64,000 nt of DNA. Origin: Mobula hypostoma (Eukaryota). The position numbers and the translations under genes are program-made. Shown in pieces: positions 51,286 to 64,000 of this stretch. The notes under the pieces are model-generated. The model did no database searches, was not told where the DNA came from, and worked only from the letters and a program-made list of their open reading frames with translations. Within the stretch, counting starts at the first letter, position 1, and each line of letters begins with the position of its first letter. The stretch covers positions 29,264,001 to 29,328,000 of the forward strand of contig NC_086117.1 in assembly GCF_963921235.1 (NCBI RefSeq). Reading direction: 5' to 3'.

Positions 51286-53254
51286 AATACAATTAATTAT
51301 CCTTCTGACCTGCACATCTTTGTAATGGGCAATGAAACCAGAAACTTGGAGGTTTATTTGTTTCACTGTTCATCAGTTTGGTATTTGTATGATTAGAATT
51401 GTCAAATACAAGGTCAAACCAAACTATATAGGCAAAGGAAATAATTAGCTTATAACCTTAGTGCTATCTTCTCTCTTACTGTGTGGATCTTACTGTTTCT
51501 ATGCAGTTCCCCTGGTGTGTGCAATGTTGCTAATAGTCTCCTGTTTCCTCTGGGTAATGTGCCTGCCATAGTTGGATAACTGGCAGTGGAAGCTGTGAGG
51601 TGTGTGTTTGGAGAATGGATGAATGGTAGGTATTTGAGGGGTGTGATGATGCAGATCAATATTAAGTAACTCCATTGCTGCTCCCTGGTCTTTTGTCCCG
51701 GTGTTTTAAATTCTCTTCCAAATACTTCCTATTTTCCAAAGCAACTTTGTATGTTCAAGAAGCTGGATTTAAAATATCTCTATAACAACCTGCCTTTACA
51801 TCGAGTTTTTAACAAAGACTAAATTATCTGGAGGTATTTTCCATGTTAAAAGAAGAAGGAATATAAATATGTACAATATCTTAGAGTGAACATCTAAATT
51901 AATGGTCTAAAACAGGACTGAATGTACAATCAAAGGGCCATTAGTCCATAGCTTGTTCCACATCACCCTACCTACTAACATTCATTGACTCCCAATATTT
52001 AAAGCATACATGCCTCATTAATGATGCGATTTGTTGCTCGTTTCTCAATGGTTACAGCCAGAAGCGTTGGTGCACCAGTGGTGGAGGCATGGATGCTTAT
52101 GGTGATGCTTGGATAGTGTCACCACCTGGAATTGTGTTGAAACAGTGGTCATCCAGGCATACAGGGCATATTCCATCACACTTGTGACTTGACTAGATGG
52201 TAAAAAGCCTCTGTGCAGTCAGGGCTGGAGAAATATTATTATAAGAGCTGTGGCTAGGTTTCTTTCTTAGGAACAAAAATTGTGGAGGGAACTTTAAATC
52301 AAGGTACATAAACTTTTAGCAGATCTAGCCAAAGCGATAAGGAAAGGATTATTTCTCTGAGTAGAGAGATCAATAAGTGTTAACAGGTTTTAGGCAATTA
52401 GTAGAAGGATTGAAGGAAAGTCTGCACTGAGAACATCTACAAGGAGCGCTGTCACAGGAACGCAGCATGCATCATCAGAGACCCCCAACATCCAGGCCAC
52501 GGTCTCTTCTCACTGCTGCCATCAGGAAGGAGGTACAAGAGCCTTGGGTCTCACATCACCAGGTTCAGGAACAGTTATTACCCTGAACCAGAATGGATAA
52601 CTGAAATTTTCTATCACATTCGCTAGGGAGTTTGACAACACAATTTATCTAATCTAGCATCTACAGCACAAGATGTACCACATTAACTGTACAACAGCAG
52701 TAAATGTGGCCAACATTAATTTTGAACTTGCTTACAAATATCCTGTGCTATATGTCTAATCACAAAGTACTGCTGAACACCTACTAACATCACGGGAGAA
52801 GCGTTGTCAAACACATGCCTTCTTCCCAGCAAGAGTGCCACACATCATGACATCACTGTAATCCAACAGTGCCCTACAATGGTCAAATTATGCATTACAG
52901 AATATTATCACATCATGTTAGTCCACAGGGCATATCAAAACTAATATTTTTTAAATATTACTGACTCCTTTCAGCAAGCATAGATAAATAGAACATGTCA
53001 AAGTCATTTATAATCTTTGTCTTTTAAAGTATCTCACAGCATATCTTCCAAAAAAAACCTGTCCGGTTATTAATGTTCTGTTAGTCATCTTTCCCATAAC
53101 CTAGTTATTGCTCCATACCTTATTTAATAAAATTGCCAGGTGAAAGTAAGAGCAGGGTGAAAATTGGCAGCAAAAGTGATAAGATTTTCTAGTTCAGGGC
53201 AAGACCTGGCGTTGTCACTGACTGACTCGTTGATGCATTGGACCTGAGAACTTG

Positions 53255-54115
53255 TCAAAGTTGAAGTAAATTTATTATCCAGTACATATATGTCACTATA
53301 TACTACCTTGAGACCCATTTTTTGCAGGCATTTACATAAAAGAAGTAAAATAGAATTTATGAAAAACTATACATTAATATAGACTGACACACAATCAATG
53401 TGCGAAAGAAGACAAATTGTGAAAATTATAAAAAATAATGCTGAAAACACAAGTTATAGAGTCCTTGAAAGAGGTTCTGTAAGTCATGGAATCAGTTCTG
53501 AGTTGAGGTTAGTGAAGCTATCCAGACTAGTTCAGGAGCCTGATGGTTATAGGGTAATTAACTGAAACTGATGGTAAGGCTTCTGTACTTTCTGCCCGAT
53601 GGTAGTTGCGGGAAGAGAGCATGGCCTGGACTGTTGGGGTCTTTGATGATGGATGCTGCTTTCTTGTGGCAGCACCCCTTGTAAATGTGTTCAATGGTGG
53701 GGAGGGCTTTGCCTGTGATGAGCTGGGAAGTATCCACCACGTACTGTTGACGTTTCTGCTCTTGGGCATTAGTGTTTTCATTACAGGCCGTGACGCCACC
53801 AATCAGGATACTCTCCACTGTATCTTTAGAACTTTGTCGAAGTTTTAGATGACATGGCATATCTAGACATCTAAGAAAGTAGAGGCACTGTTGTGCAATC
53901 TTTGTGATGGCATTTACATGCGGTCCTCGGACAGATCCTCTGTTAAGGAATTTAAAGTTACTGGCTGTTTTCACCTCTGATCCCTTAATGACAACTATCT
54001 CATGGACCTCTAGCTTCTTCCTCCTGTCAATGACAATCGACTCTTTGGATTTGCCGACATTGAGTGAAAGGTTGTAGTTGAGGCACCATTCAACCAGATT
54101 TTTAATCTCCCTCCT
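53255..54115 (-). mobile_element. Rex1/Babar-like LINE 3' part
   Basis: ORF 53558-54169: EIKNLVEWCLNYNLSLNVGKSKE, KIAQQCLYFLR, IIKDPNSPGHALF. Confidence 0.8.
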
Positions 54116-54137
54116 ACGTGCCAATTTGTCACTATGT

Positions 54138-54462
54138 GTGTGGCACAGTGGCACAAATAGTAGAGTCACTGCCCCGGATCGATCCTGATCTCAAATGCTG
54201 TCTGTGTAGAATCTGCGCAGATATTCTCCCCGTGACCACATGGGTTTATGCTGGATGCTTTGGTTTCCTCCTGCTCTCCAAAAATGATTGGGTTTGTATG
54301 TTGATTGACCACTGTGAAACGTGTCAACAAGTGGTAGAATCTGGGAGTTGCCGTGTTGAGAGAATGGAAAATGGTATTAATTAGGATTAGTGTTAACTGT
54401 TGGCTGATTGTCAGTGTGGACTTAGTGGGCCGGAGGGCTGGCTTCTATGCTCTATCTCTCTA
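54138..54462 (+). mobile_element. HE1/V-SINE-like element
   Basis: ggcacagtggcac..gtagagtcactgcc head, tgggtttatgctggatgctttggtttcctc V core, CR1-like tail gggccggagggctggcttctatgct. Confidence 0.7.
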
Positions 54463-56873
54463 TGGATCTACAGAACATGGCCCCAAGGGGCTGTTTAAGA
54501 GCCTTTATCCCATGTGAAGCAATGACTTATTTGTACTTCAATTTTAATTGATTCCATTGTTTGCTAATGAGGTGGTTTCATTAGATTGAGACTATGTGAA
54601 GATTTTGTGACTGCTTTGCAGAATGCGTCAGTCCATCATGAATTGCAAGGTGATCTTGAGTTTCAGTTGTCTGAATTTAAATTTCTGTCTCACACTCAAT
54701 CTGTCCTCAGCTTCCTGTTCCTCTCAAGGCAGTTTCCTGAGGTTGACCGTGACGTGCTTCCATTTTGCTTTTGTAGGCGAATGTGGGAAGTGTATACTTT
54801 TCCAAAGAAGGGCTGGAGGATGTTGACAGGATGAGCAAGTGGATAGTTTGTGAGATAGAGCACCCATTCCACTCCTTATATAGTGCTTCTGATTAATTGC
54901 AATACTGTCAATACTGTCTCGATTGTTTCTTCCGCAGTTTGACTGGTCAGGTGCTGAAGGTTTCCAGTAGTCTGTAGGGATGTTATTCTTCAAGGAAGAT
55001 TACAACACATCTTGAATTCCTTTCTTCTGTTCACCTGGTAATCTCATACTATAGTAGAACCTAGAATAGACCATATGTTTCAGATCTCTTGTGTCCTCAC
55101 ATTGCCTGATCAAAGTAGTCAATAGGGAGTAACCATACTTTCCACACTATTCCAATGGTTCAATTTAAGTACAAAAATCATAACTTCACCTTCTGACCAG
55201 GCATGTTGTGGGCTTTCCTGACTCAAAACAATGTTTTCAACAACGTCAAATAATGAGCATTTCATCAAATTTAATTCCAGATTTCACACAGTCTTTCAAA
55301 ACTCCCTTGGTAATTTCGTAAAACCAATCTACACTTTCATCTTTAACCGGATTTCGGTAACTTGACTCCTTTTTGTTTTATAATCGTTCCTACCTTCCAT
55401 CCAATCGGAGACCTTCCTTTTCATTCTCCCTCCCTTCTCATTTCTCTGCAAATTGGAATCAAAACACTCAAAGTGGCAGCTTGGCAGAAATAACAAAAGA
55501 TTCTTCCTACATCTAAAGAGCCCCTTTGAAAGGATTCAAAGGTTCATTTGTTATCAAAGTATACAACTTCGAGATTTTTCTTCTCGGGATAGCCACAAAA
55601 CTAAGAAAAAAAGAATGGCAACATGATCATCAACTTCCACACCCCTCTCGCCCGCACGAAACACAACAAGAACATCAGCCCCAGATACCTCTCCCCACAT
55701 AAAAATATTGACAAAAAAGCAATATCAACCCTCAAACTCCCTCCCCCTGCATGAAATGTAAAAAGGACACTGGCCTCCAAATCTCCCTCTCCCTGTACAA
55801 AGAAACTAACAATAAAATGCAACAAGAACCCTTTTCCCCCTGCACACAACACCCCAGGAACAGCAACCCCGAAATCCCCCTCCCACGCTCAAAAAAAGAG
55901 TAAGAATGGGTGAAAAACGCAGAGTATAATAAACTATAAGATTGGAAAAAGTCTACAGTCTGTTGTTGAAATCCATATCCAATGTGCAGGAAACCTCAGT
56001 AACAACCTTCGGACACAGTGGCAGGCCATGCAAGCTCCCCTCTCCAGCAGCAGATATTAGGTTTCAATATTTTCATATCTGTCACAAACTTAGAGTCACC
56101 TCCTTTTTCTTTTGTTTGGTTTTATCATCTATTAATACTTTTGAATGCATGATGAAGTTCTACAGCTTCTTTACTGCAAAAGTTTGTACTTTGATATTTA
56201 AGTTCCACTTTCATAGGACTGAATTTGCAGTGACAGAGCGGCTATGACTATGGTTATGAAACACTTAACCAATGGTAGTTTGGAACATGCACCAGTCCTC
56301 ATCGAGGAATCAGCAGTGTTTCCACTGAGCAGTTTCAAGTTCTTGGGTGTCAGTGTCTCTCTAAGGTATACCCTGGACTCAACATATTGATGCAATTATA
56401 AAGAAGGCACGGATGCATTGATCTGTGTATGAAGGATGTCAGAAATAAAGTCAATTTAATCCAATTCAACATATACTAAATGAGGAAAGAGATTGAAGTG
56501 AGTCAGGTATTAAGTGAAGTAAAAGGAAGAATAAGGAGAAACAATAAGGATTTGATTTTAATGAGGATGCAGGTACAGACAGTCCCGTAGGTTTCCACAC
56601 ACAGCACATAAAATGCCAAGTCAAACTGAGATGGTTATTAACAAAAGTACTCTTTAACTTTCAAGCTAAAGGTAAGTACAAAAAGCTATGACTATATATA
56701 TCACTGGTGGCGATAAATTCTGACACCACATTTTGAGAATGACATTGAACCTTACAGAGGATCGATAATACCAGGGTTGAGAGCTGCATGAACAGAGATT
56801 GGCGTTCAGAACAAAAGGGTTAAAGGGTATTTAATGGTATCATAAAAAGTCATGGAGCTTTTAGTAAGAGCAA

Positions 56874-57116
56874 TGTTGCGTATTTAATATTTCCGTACTA
56901 TTTGAGTAATCTTGTGTATATATATTGGTTGATTAAGCATTCTTGTTTGTTTAAATAATTCATTACGAGTTATAGGTATAAATATGTGAATTGCATTCAT
57001 CATCACGCTACCACGTGATACGTATACAGCTCGCTTAAAACACAAAGTCAGACCACTTTGGACTCTTGTGCCTTCCTTTGAATTAGTTTAATGTTTTGAA
57101 GTTACAAATCATAACA
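56874..57116 (+). mobile_element. Solo LTR of the Gypsy family seen at 24800-27481
   Basis: tgttgcg...cataaca, homologous to 27235-27481; 5-bp flanks agcaa/ggcaa (TSD with one mismatch). Confidence 0.8.
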
Positions 57117-57701
57117 GGCAAGTAGACACATCTGGAGTCACTAGGTAGAGAGCACAGAGTTAAGCTAACTGGTAGAAAGTAATCAGAATCGAGATGACGA
57201 GTTTCTTTAATAAACTAAGTTGCCATGGTCTGACGTTCATTTCCCAAAAGAATGGTGGAAAAGGATTTCATCGTGACTTTCAGCAGAGAATTGGATAAGT
57301 GTGTGAACAGGGAAACATAGTGGAGTTGTGGAAAAATAGTGCTACAACCACAACCTGTCACTCATCATCTGTAATACCAAAGAGCTGATTATTGACGACA
57401 GGAGGAAGAAGCTGGAGATCCGTGAGCAAGACCTCATCAGTGGAATGGAGGTGGAAGGGTCTATAGCTTTAAATTCTTTGACATCAATATATCAGATCTT
57501 TCTTGGGGCCAGCATTTAAGTGTCATCACAAAAAGGGCACAGCGATGCCTTTACTTTCTTAGAAGTTTGCATAGAATGGCATTCACCAGCGTCTTTGATA
57601 AACTTCTAAAGATGCACAGTGGTGAGTACCCTAACTGGATGCATCATGGCATCCAGTTATAGAAACACCAATGCCCAGGAACCAAAAAGGCCACAGAAAT
57701 T

Positions 57702-57975
57702 CACAAACATGAGAAAATCTGCTGATGCTAGAAATCCAAGGTAGTACACACAAAATGCTGGAGGAACTCAACAGGTCCGGCAGCATCTATGGAAAGGAAT
57801 AAACGTTTGCTGTTTTGGGCCGAGAATCTTCATCAGGTCCTGAAGAAGGGTCTCAGCCTGAAATGTCAACTGTTTACTTGTTTTCATGGATGCTGCCTAA
57901 CCTGCTGAGTTCCTCCAGCATTTTATGTGTGTTGCTTTGGACTTCCAGCATCGGCAGATTTTCGTCCTGTTTGTG
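57702..57975. mobile_element. Miniature palindromic PLE pseudo-LTR pair with back-to-back hammerhead cores
   Basis: Imperfect inverted repeat centred on ttcatcaggtcctgaagaa (57829-57847). Confidence 0.8.
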
Positions 57976-58494
57976 CCATTATGTCATTGTCACAAACACG
58001 AGCGAATCTGCAGACGCTGGGAATCCAAAGCAGCTCACACAAAATGCTGGAGGAACATTTGACGTTTCAGATGGAGACCCTTCATCAGGACTCATTGTGT
58101 GGTTTGGGATTACGACTTAGTATTTGTCCAACGGTGACCAAACTGAAAAAGGCAACACGGTTATTAGGGTAATTTCAAAGAGGTAATGAAAGATAGTACT
58201 GTGGAAACCTTATCAATTGTGACCATCAGGAAAGTCACAGTATCCCACTTATGGCTGCCACCCTCTGTAATGCCCTACTTTAGTTTGCAGAGGGTGGCAG
58301 CCATAAGTGGGATACTCAGTTAAACTGGGACTCAACTGATACCTCCAGGAACAGCTCAATTCACAGTCTCAGGCTGCAACTGACATCTAAGTTTACACTG
58401 ATCTTATTAAACTTAATGGGGTTTAATGGCATAGATTTTTGGAACAATTGGAATTGAATAACACATGCAATATGTACTAATTTAGAATCTCACG

Positions 58495-58676
58495 TACACA
58501 AAATGCTGGAGGAGCTCAGCAGATGAAGCAGCGTCTATGGAGGGGAATAAAGAATCAGCGGCTCGTGCTGAGTCCCTTCATCAGGAAACTCTTTATTCCT
58601 CTCCATAGATACTGCCTGTGCTCCAGCACTTTGTGTGTGTTGCTTTGGATTTCCAGCATCTGCAGAATCTCTGGTG
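58495..58676. mobile_element. Miniature palindromic PLE pseudo-LTR derivative
   Basis: cacaaaatgctggag...ctatggaggggaataaag / ctttattcctctccatag...ctccagcactttgtg inverted arms. Confidence 0.7.
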
Positions 58677-58887
58677 ATTAGAATGTCCCACATTTTGTTG
58701 GATGGCTTATTGCTGTCAGGCAATCAGTCAATTTCCTTTATAGGCAAAGGAGTCATGTTTCATGCTTTAACCAACATGGAGAACAACAGTAAACTTCCAA
58801 CCAATGGGATAATCTGGGTACAATGTGATTCTAATCGATACCCCTGTGGGAACCTGTCAACAAACAATCTGCTGGAGGAACTCAGCC

Positions 58888-59330
58888 AATAGACAATAGA
58901 CAATAGGACAGGAGTAGGCCATTCGGCCCTTCGAGCCAGCACTACCATTCACTGTGATCATGGCTGATCATCCACAATCAGTATCCAGTTCCTGCCTTAT
59001 CCCCATAACCTTTGATTCCACTATCTTTAAGAGCTCTATCCATCTCTTTCTTGAAAGCATCCAGAGACTTGGCCTCCACAGCCTTCTGGGGCAGAGCATT
59101 CCATATATCCACCACTCTCTGGGTGAAAAAGTTTTTCTTGAACTCTGTTCTAAATGGCCTACCCCTTATTCTTAAACTGTGGCCTCTGGTTCTGGACTCA
59201 CCCATCAGCGGGAACATGCTTCCTGCCTCCAGCGTGTCCAATCCCTTAATAATCTTATATGTTTCAATTAGATCCCCTCTCAGCCTTCTAAATTCCAGAG
59301 AATATAAGCCCAGTTGCTCCAATCTTTCAA
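58888..59330 (-). mobile_element. Young CR1 3' fragment inserted into a palindromic PLE mini-element (58858-59528)
   Basis: [29 protein letters not shown]...; flanking cagcc direct repeat at 58883-58887 and 59331-59335. Confidence 0.88.
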
Positions 59331-59631
59331 CAGCCGATCGAGCAGTGTTTGTGAGGGGAGAGGAATTGTTGATGGTTTGGATCAAAACCCTGCATCAGGA
59401 CTGTTGATGCTTCAGGTCAAAACCTTTTTGACCCAAACCATCAACATTTCTATTCCGTCCTACAGATGCTGCTTGACCCACTGGTTCCTTCAATAGGTTG
59501 TGAGTTTCTGCAGATTCCAGCATCTGTCATATCTGTGCCAGCTGGGAATAGTTCAACCTGAGTTGCCTGTCCCAAAGTTCTGAAGCATATTACAGGGTCT
59601 AATCACTTTCCCAAAAGAAGTTCAGCATAAT

Positions 59632-59908
59632 AGGGTGGCATGGTAGCGTAGTGGTTAGCACAACGCTTTACAGTACCTGTGACCCAAGTTCAATTCCCGC
59701 CGCTGCCAATATGTATTCGCCTTGACCGTGTGGGTTTCCTCTGGGTGCTCTGGTTTCCTCCCACAGCCCAAAGATGTACCGGTTGGTAGGTTAATGGGGC
59801 ATTGTAAATTGTCCTGTGATTAGGCAAGGATTAAATTGAGGGATTGCTGGATGGCGTGGCCTGAGAGGCTGTAAGAGCCTATTCCGCTCTGTATCTCAAA
59901 AAATAAAT
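59632..59908 (+). mobile_element. HE1/V-SINE-like tRNA-derived SINE
   Basis: A box ggtagcgtagtgg, B box gttcaattcc, V core tgggtttcctctgggtgctctggtttcctcccaca, CR1-like tail. Confidence 0.8.
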
Positions 59909-60839
59909 CTGATGATCAAACACAAGGCATCTTATACTTGCCTAACTCTATTTTTACTGAGGACAGTAAGATAACTGACTGACAAAATGGAAGAACCCTC
60001 ATCTTTTTAATACCTTGTTGTTTCAAAATAATTTAAATATGTCCTGATTTCCACATTAGAATGAAATGTAACTGTGCATTACTGCATGACAGTTTGCACA
60101 GACATTCCTGAGATTTCAGCATATCTTCTTTGAGAGATAATTATACATTTGACAAATGTTCAAGTAACACTTTAAAATTACGTTAAATCTCGAGAAGCCA
60201 CTGCTCTACTTAACAGATTGATTCCCACTGTGCGCAAAGGGTCAGTTGTTCTGTGCATATTTGGAAGTTGGATCATTGCAAAGCCAACTGAGAGTTGCAA
60301 ATATTGACAGGAAGTTGGGAGCTGCCTTGAGTGCAGTGTTTAATTTGACCTCTTCCTCCTAAATCAGCCGAGGTCACTGTCTCAAGTTAAGTAAATATAC
60401 AGCTGACTACTTCTGTGAGGTAATGAAATATTTGTGGCATGTGGTAGCACATTAATATGTTCACACATCAGCCTCTGAAATTTTCTATCACATTCGCTAG
60501 GGAGTTCGACAACACAATTTATCTAATCTAGTATCTTCAGCATAAGATGTACCACGTTAACTGTACAACAGCAGTAATTTTGAATTTGGTTACAAATATT
60601 CTGTGCTATATGTCTAACCACAAAGTACCGCTGAACACCTTCTAACATCACAGGAGAAGCGTTGTCAAACACACTGTTCACGGCCAGCTGTACTCTTCCC
60701 TGTACATTCAGTTCTGTGAAAGACAATTACTCAAAATGGTGGCTGACACTCATGCACTGTTCTAGGAAAAGTACTCAAAGGTCAATTTCTTCCTTGTCCT
60801 TTAAGAAAATAATTGAAGATTAATTGCTTAAGTAGGATC

Positions 60840-61360
60840 ATAAAAACATATAACACTGAAAAGGGTCCTCACAGCCCAACCCATTCATGCCGACTATCTT
60901 TGCCGATCACGTTAGGCCCTCTTCCTGTAGTCCCTTCCTATTCAAGTATGTGTCCGGATGAGTTTTAAACATTGTACATTACATGCCTTCATTCTGTTCT
61001 CTATAAACTAGTTCCAGATAGTCACCAACCTCTGTGAGAAAATATTACCATTAATTTCCTTTAAATTCCTCCCCTCTCACCTTAAACCTGCCCTATGAAA
61101 TGAAATTCTTGTTATCTAATATGTATGCCTCTCATAATTTTGTAAACCTCTATAAGGTCGCCCCTCAGCATCTTTTGTTCAGTGAGGTGAGCATAAACTT
61201 AGCCCAAATAATCCCTCCTTATGACTACAGCCCCCAGGTCCAGGCAGCAGCCTGGTGAACCTCTTCTGCACTCTCTATATTTTTACCACCTCCTTCTTGC
61301 AGTGTGGTAACAAGATCTGTACACAATATTCTAAGAGTAGTTGGTCCAATATTTTGCACG
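60840..61360 (-). mobile_element. Old CR1 3' fragment
   Basis: Reverse-strand CR1 ORF2 end (ctctcataattttgtaaacctctataaggtcgcccctcagc...ccaggcagcagcctggtgaacctc). Confidence 0.7.
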
Positions 61361-62717
61361 ACTCAATTTGTGAATTTTCTTTTGGTCAGTGCATTTCTGT
61401 TTGGAAAAGTATTTGCCAACAAAAAAAAAATCCTAGTTTATTTATTTAGGGCCGTTCTAGGAATTCTTTCAGGTCAGCAGCAAAAAGAAAGACTAGTACA
61501 ATAGCTTTCATACACCTTTAGAATTCATTTCATTGAAGCAGATTGTGGGAGTATCACATCAGAATTGAGAAAACTTAAAATTAGGGTCAAAGCATCATAC
61601 AGTCATAGTGAGGTAGCCCTCTGGGTTTTCGTAAATCATTAAGTACCCATTTTTATACTAATCTTATTGTTTGTTCGTACATTATGTGACGTGCCATATG
61701 GTGTGGATTGCCTTCTTCTGGCCAGTGTCTCTACAAGATGGGTGACCCCAGCCAATATCAATGCTCTTCAGAGATTGTCTGCCTGGTGTCAGTGATCGCA
61801 TAACCAGGACTTGTGATATGCTCTGGCTGCTCATGCTTCACATGACCCTGATCGGTGGGGGGGGGGGGGGTTGCTAAGCAGGTGTTATACCTTGCCCAAG
61901 GGTGACGTGCAGTCCAGCACAGGAAAGGAGTGCGGTACACCTCCTTTGGCAGAGATGTGTTTCCTCCATGTCACCCATCTTATTCTCTCCATTTTTCCAT
62001 CAGCTCCCCTGTGTTCTCTCACTCACCTACACATGAAAGGCAACTTACAGCAGCCAATTAACCAATTAGCCAATTAACATGTTTTAAGTTGCAGAGAATG
62101 AGGAGGAGTGAAGAGAACAAAGGAGATGTTTGTGATAGAGTGGACACAAGGAAAAACTGAATGATGTAAATTCTTACAGAGAGATGCTGTTGAAGGCTTA
62201 TTCAAGAAGAGATCAATTTGGAGGATGTGAAAAGGTGAAGAATTGAGGAAGAGAAAGAGTAAAATAAGGATGCATTCAGTTCTCTCTCATAGTGGGCATA
62301 GAATTGGAGAAAGAGGTACACTTCTTCTCAGTGCAGAATATTACCCTATAACTAGCCCTCACCAGTATCATATTTCCTTCCCATCTCCAGAGCATGAATC
62401 TTCTCTAACTCTTCTGATCTCTAGACTAATCCAATCACTTTACCCCCACATGATCTTCCTTGACATTGCTGTCCTTACCCTGATCTTCAACATCCCTTTT
62501 CTAAAATATACCTCCCAACCTTCCTCTCAATCTTCCAGTTCTCCTCGACCCATGCCTCACACCCTCTCAATCACCCATGATCTTTCACAAAACAATTTTT
62601 ACCCATCGCACTATGATCATTTACCCATCTGATCCTTGGGTTCCTGATTTTCTGAAGAGCTTCCCTATTTGACACTTGGGCAGGCTTCCAATAGGAAATC
62701 TGCTGCAAACCACGCAG

Positions 62718-62922
62718 TTAAAATCCCTTGTCATTTGAGGCATCCTGCACATCTGCGTGTCCCAACAATGTCTCCTCCTCCCCTAGTCTGGAATCTTTTC
62801 CTATCCAGGCATAACGGGGCAGTGACTCTGCCTGGATATCAATGATACTACGTTTTTTTTTCATACTTGTTTCATTTTTGGAAGTGTTGGCTATTGGAGA
62901 TAGATACTTCTTCCTCCAGTAT
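62718..62922 (-). CDS. Putative terminal coding exon of an unidentified gene entering from the right edge
   Basis: Strong acceptor ttatttcctgccttttcag, then an open frame (R)YWRKKYLSPIANTSKNETSMKKKRSIIDIQAESLPRYAW...DKGF*, like a cytoplasmic tail after a TM helix. No repeat similarity seen. Confidence 0.45.
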
Positions 62923-64000
62923 CTGAAAAGGCAGGAAATAATATGGAAAAGAGTAACGTATAAAGACAATGACCCTAAATGCACAGTGAATACGTACTAA
63001 TTTCCTATGGCAGTTTGCTTCTCAATTGATTTAAATTGTTACTTTTGAATTGGTTTGCAAATAGGAAAGAAAACAACAAACACAGTTTCTCGTTCCATGA
63101 CAAAAAAGGTATATTAATGGGAACATAACAGTTGGAACAAACTGTTTCCTGGTTTCCATTTGAGTGAAAAAGAAAGTCAATTTTTGATGCTTTTAGACCA
63201 TCTTAAATTGGGCTGAATTGTCTAATTCTGCTCCTATGTCTTATGGTCTTATCATCTAAAATTCAGAGCAGCTTTTGGAATTGTTATTGTGTGTTTCCTA
63301 TTCTCTCATCTTTATCCTGATGGTAATTTTTTTAATCATGCTGTGTATTATTTTATCTGTATTATTATTTTAATTTTTCATGATACAATTACCTGTTAAT
63401 TTTCATTATGCCTTTAAAAATACTTCTGAAAGGTACCTTTCACATTATGTGCTTGACCATTTCTCAAAGTTGGTAAGTTGTTTTATTATTGTCCCAAGTA
63501 CCAAGTACAGTGAAAAACTTTGTTTTGCTTGCCATCTAATACAACTCCTTTCATCACATCAGTGCATTAGGTGGTACAAGGCAGAATAAAGCGCCGTAGT
63601 TGCAGAGAAAGTGCACGCAATATGGTGCAAGGCCATAATGAAGTCAAGGGTCCAATTTATCTTACAAGGGGGCTATTCAATAGTCTTACAACAGTAGGAT
63701 AGAAGCTGTCCTTGAGCTGTTAGTGAGTGCCTTCAGGCTTTTGTATCCTCTGCCCGGGGTGGGAGAAGAGAAAATATCTAGGATGGGTGGAATCCTTGAT
63801 TGCTTCGGCTGCTTCACTGAGGCAATGAGAAATGTAGGGAGTCTACGGTGGGAAGCTGGTAAGAAGAAGTTTACCATTCTGAAGGGACTGCAATCCCTGC
63901 TTCCATTCCCACCAACCACTTCCCTTTTCTCTATTCATCTGCAGGAGAGGCAACATCTGCCCTTTTACCTCTTCTCTTCCTGCATGTTACAGCTGTCCTT

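Noticed and set aside
54550-56250. Possible host exons or a decayed L1/Tx1-like element on the minus strand
   Set aside because: Only weak hints (a CxxC..W segment, Lys/Glu-rich stretches) with many stops; I cannot classify it.
59632-59705. tRNA gene
   Set aside because: It is the tRNA-derived head of a V-SINE; no complete cloverleaf.

Overview
Vertebrate nuclear DNA, most likely from a cartilaginous fish (ray-like), inferred from the HE1/V-SINE-like, CR1 and Penelope repeat content. It holds three spliced genes I could rebuild by hand. (1) A divergent LAP1/LULL1 (TOR1AIP)-like type II membrane protein gene on the minus strand (about 1398-5177). (2) MRPS2 on the plus strand (5329-15029, 4 exons, 267 aa), head-to-head with the first gene across a CpG-rich promoter. 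(3) DIPK1B/FAM69B on the minus strand (22259-36404, 5 exons, 431 aa). A probable terminal exon of a fourth gene lies at the right edge. Most of the rest is transposon-derived: CR1 LINEs (one nearly full length), Rex1/Babar-like and L2 fragments, a decayed Gypsy element plus a solo LTR, V-SINEs and a Tigger-like MITE. Main highlights: a 2.75 kb palindromic Penelope-like insertion in MRPS2 intron 1 with a 13-bp target-site duplication (TSD) and a minimal hammerhead ribozyme on each strand; a family of miniature hairpin derivatives of the same type; a torsin-cofactor-like protein that keeps the disulfide cysteines but seems to lack the arginine finger and has one in-frame TGA; and a retrotransposed ITS2-28S rRNA/LINE-tail chimera. 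All homology calls come from motif recall, not database searches.
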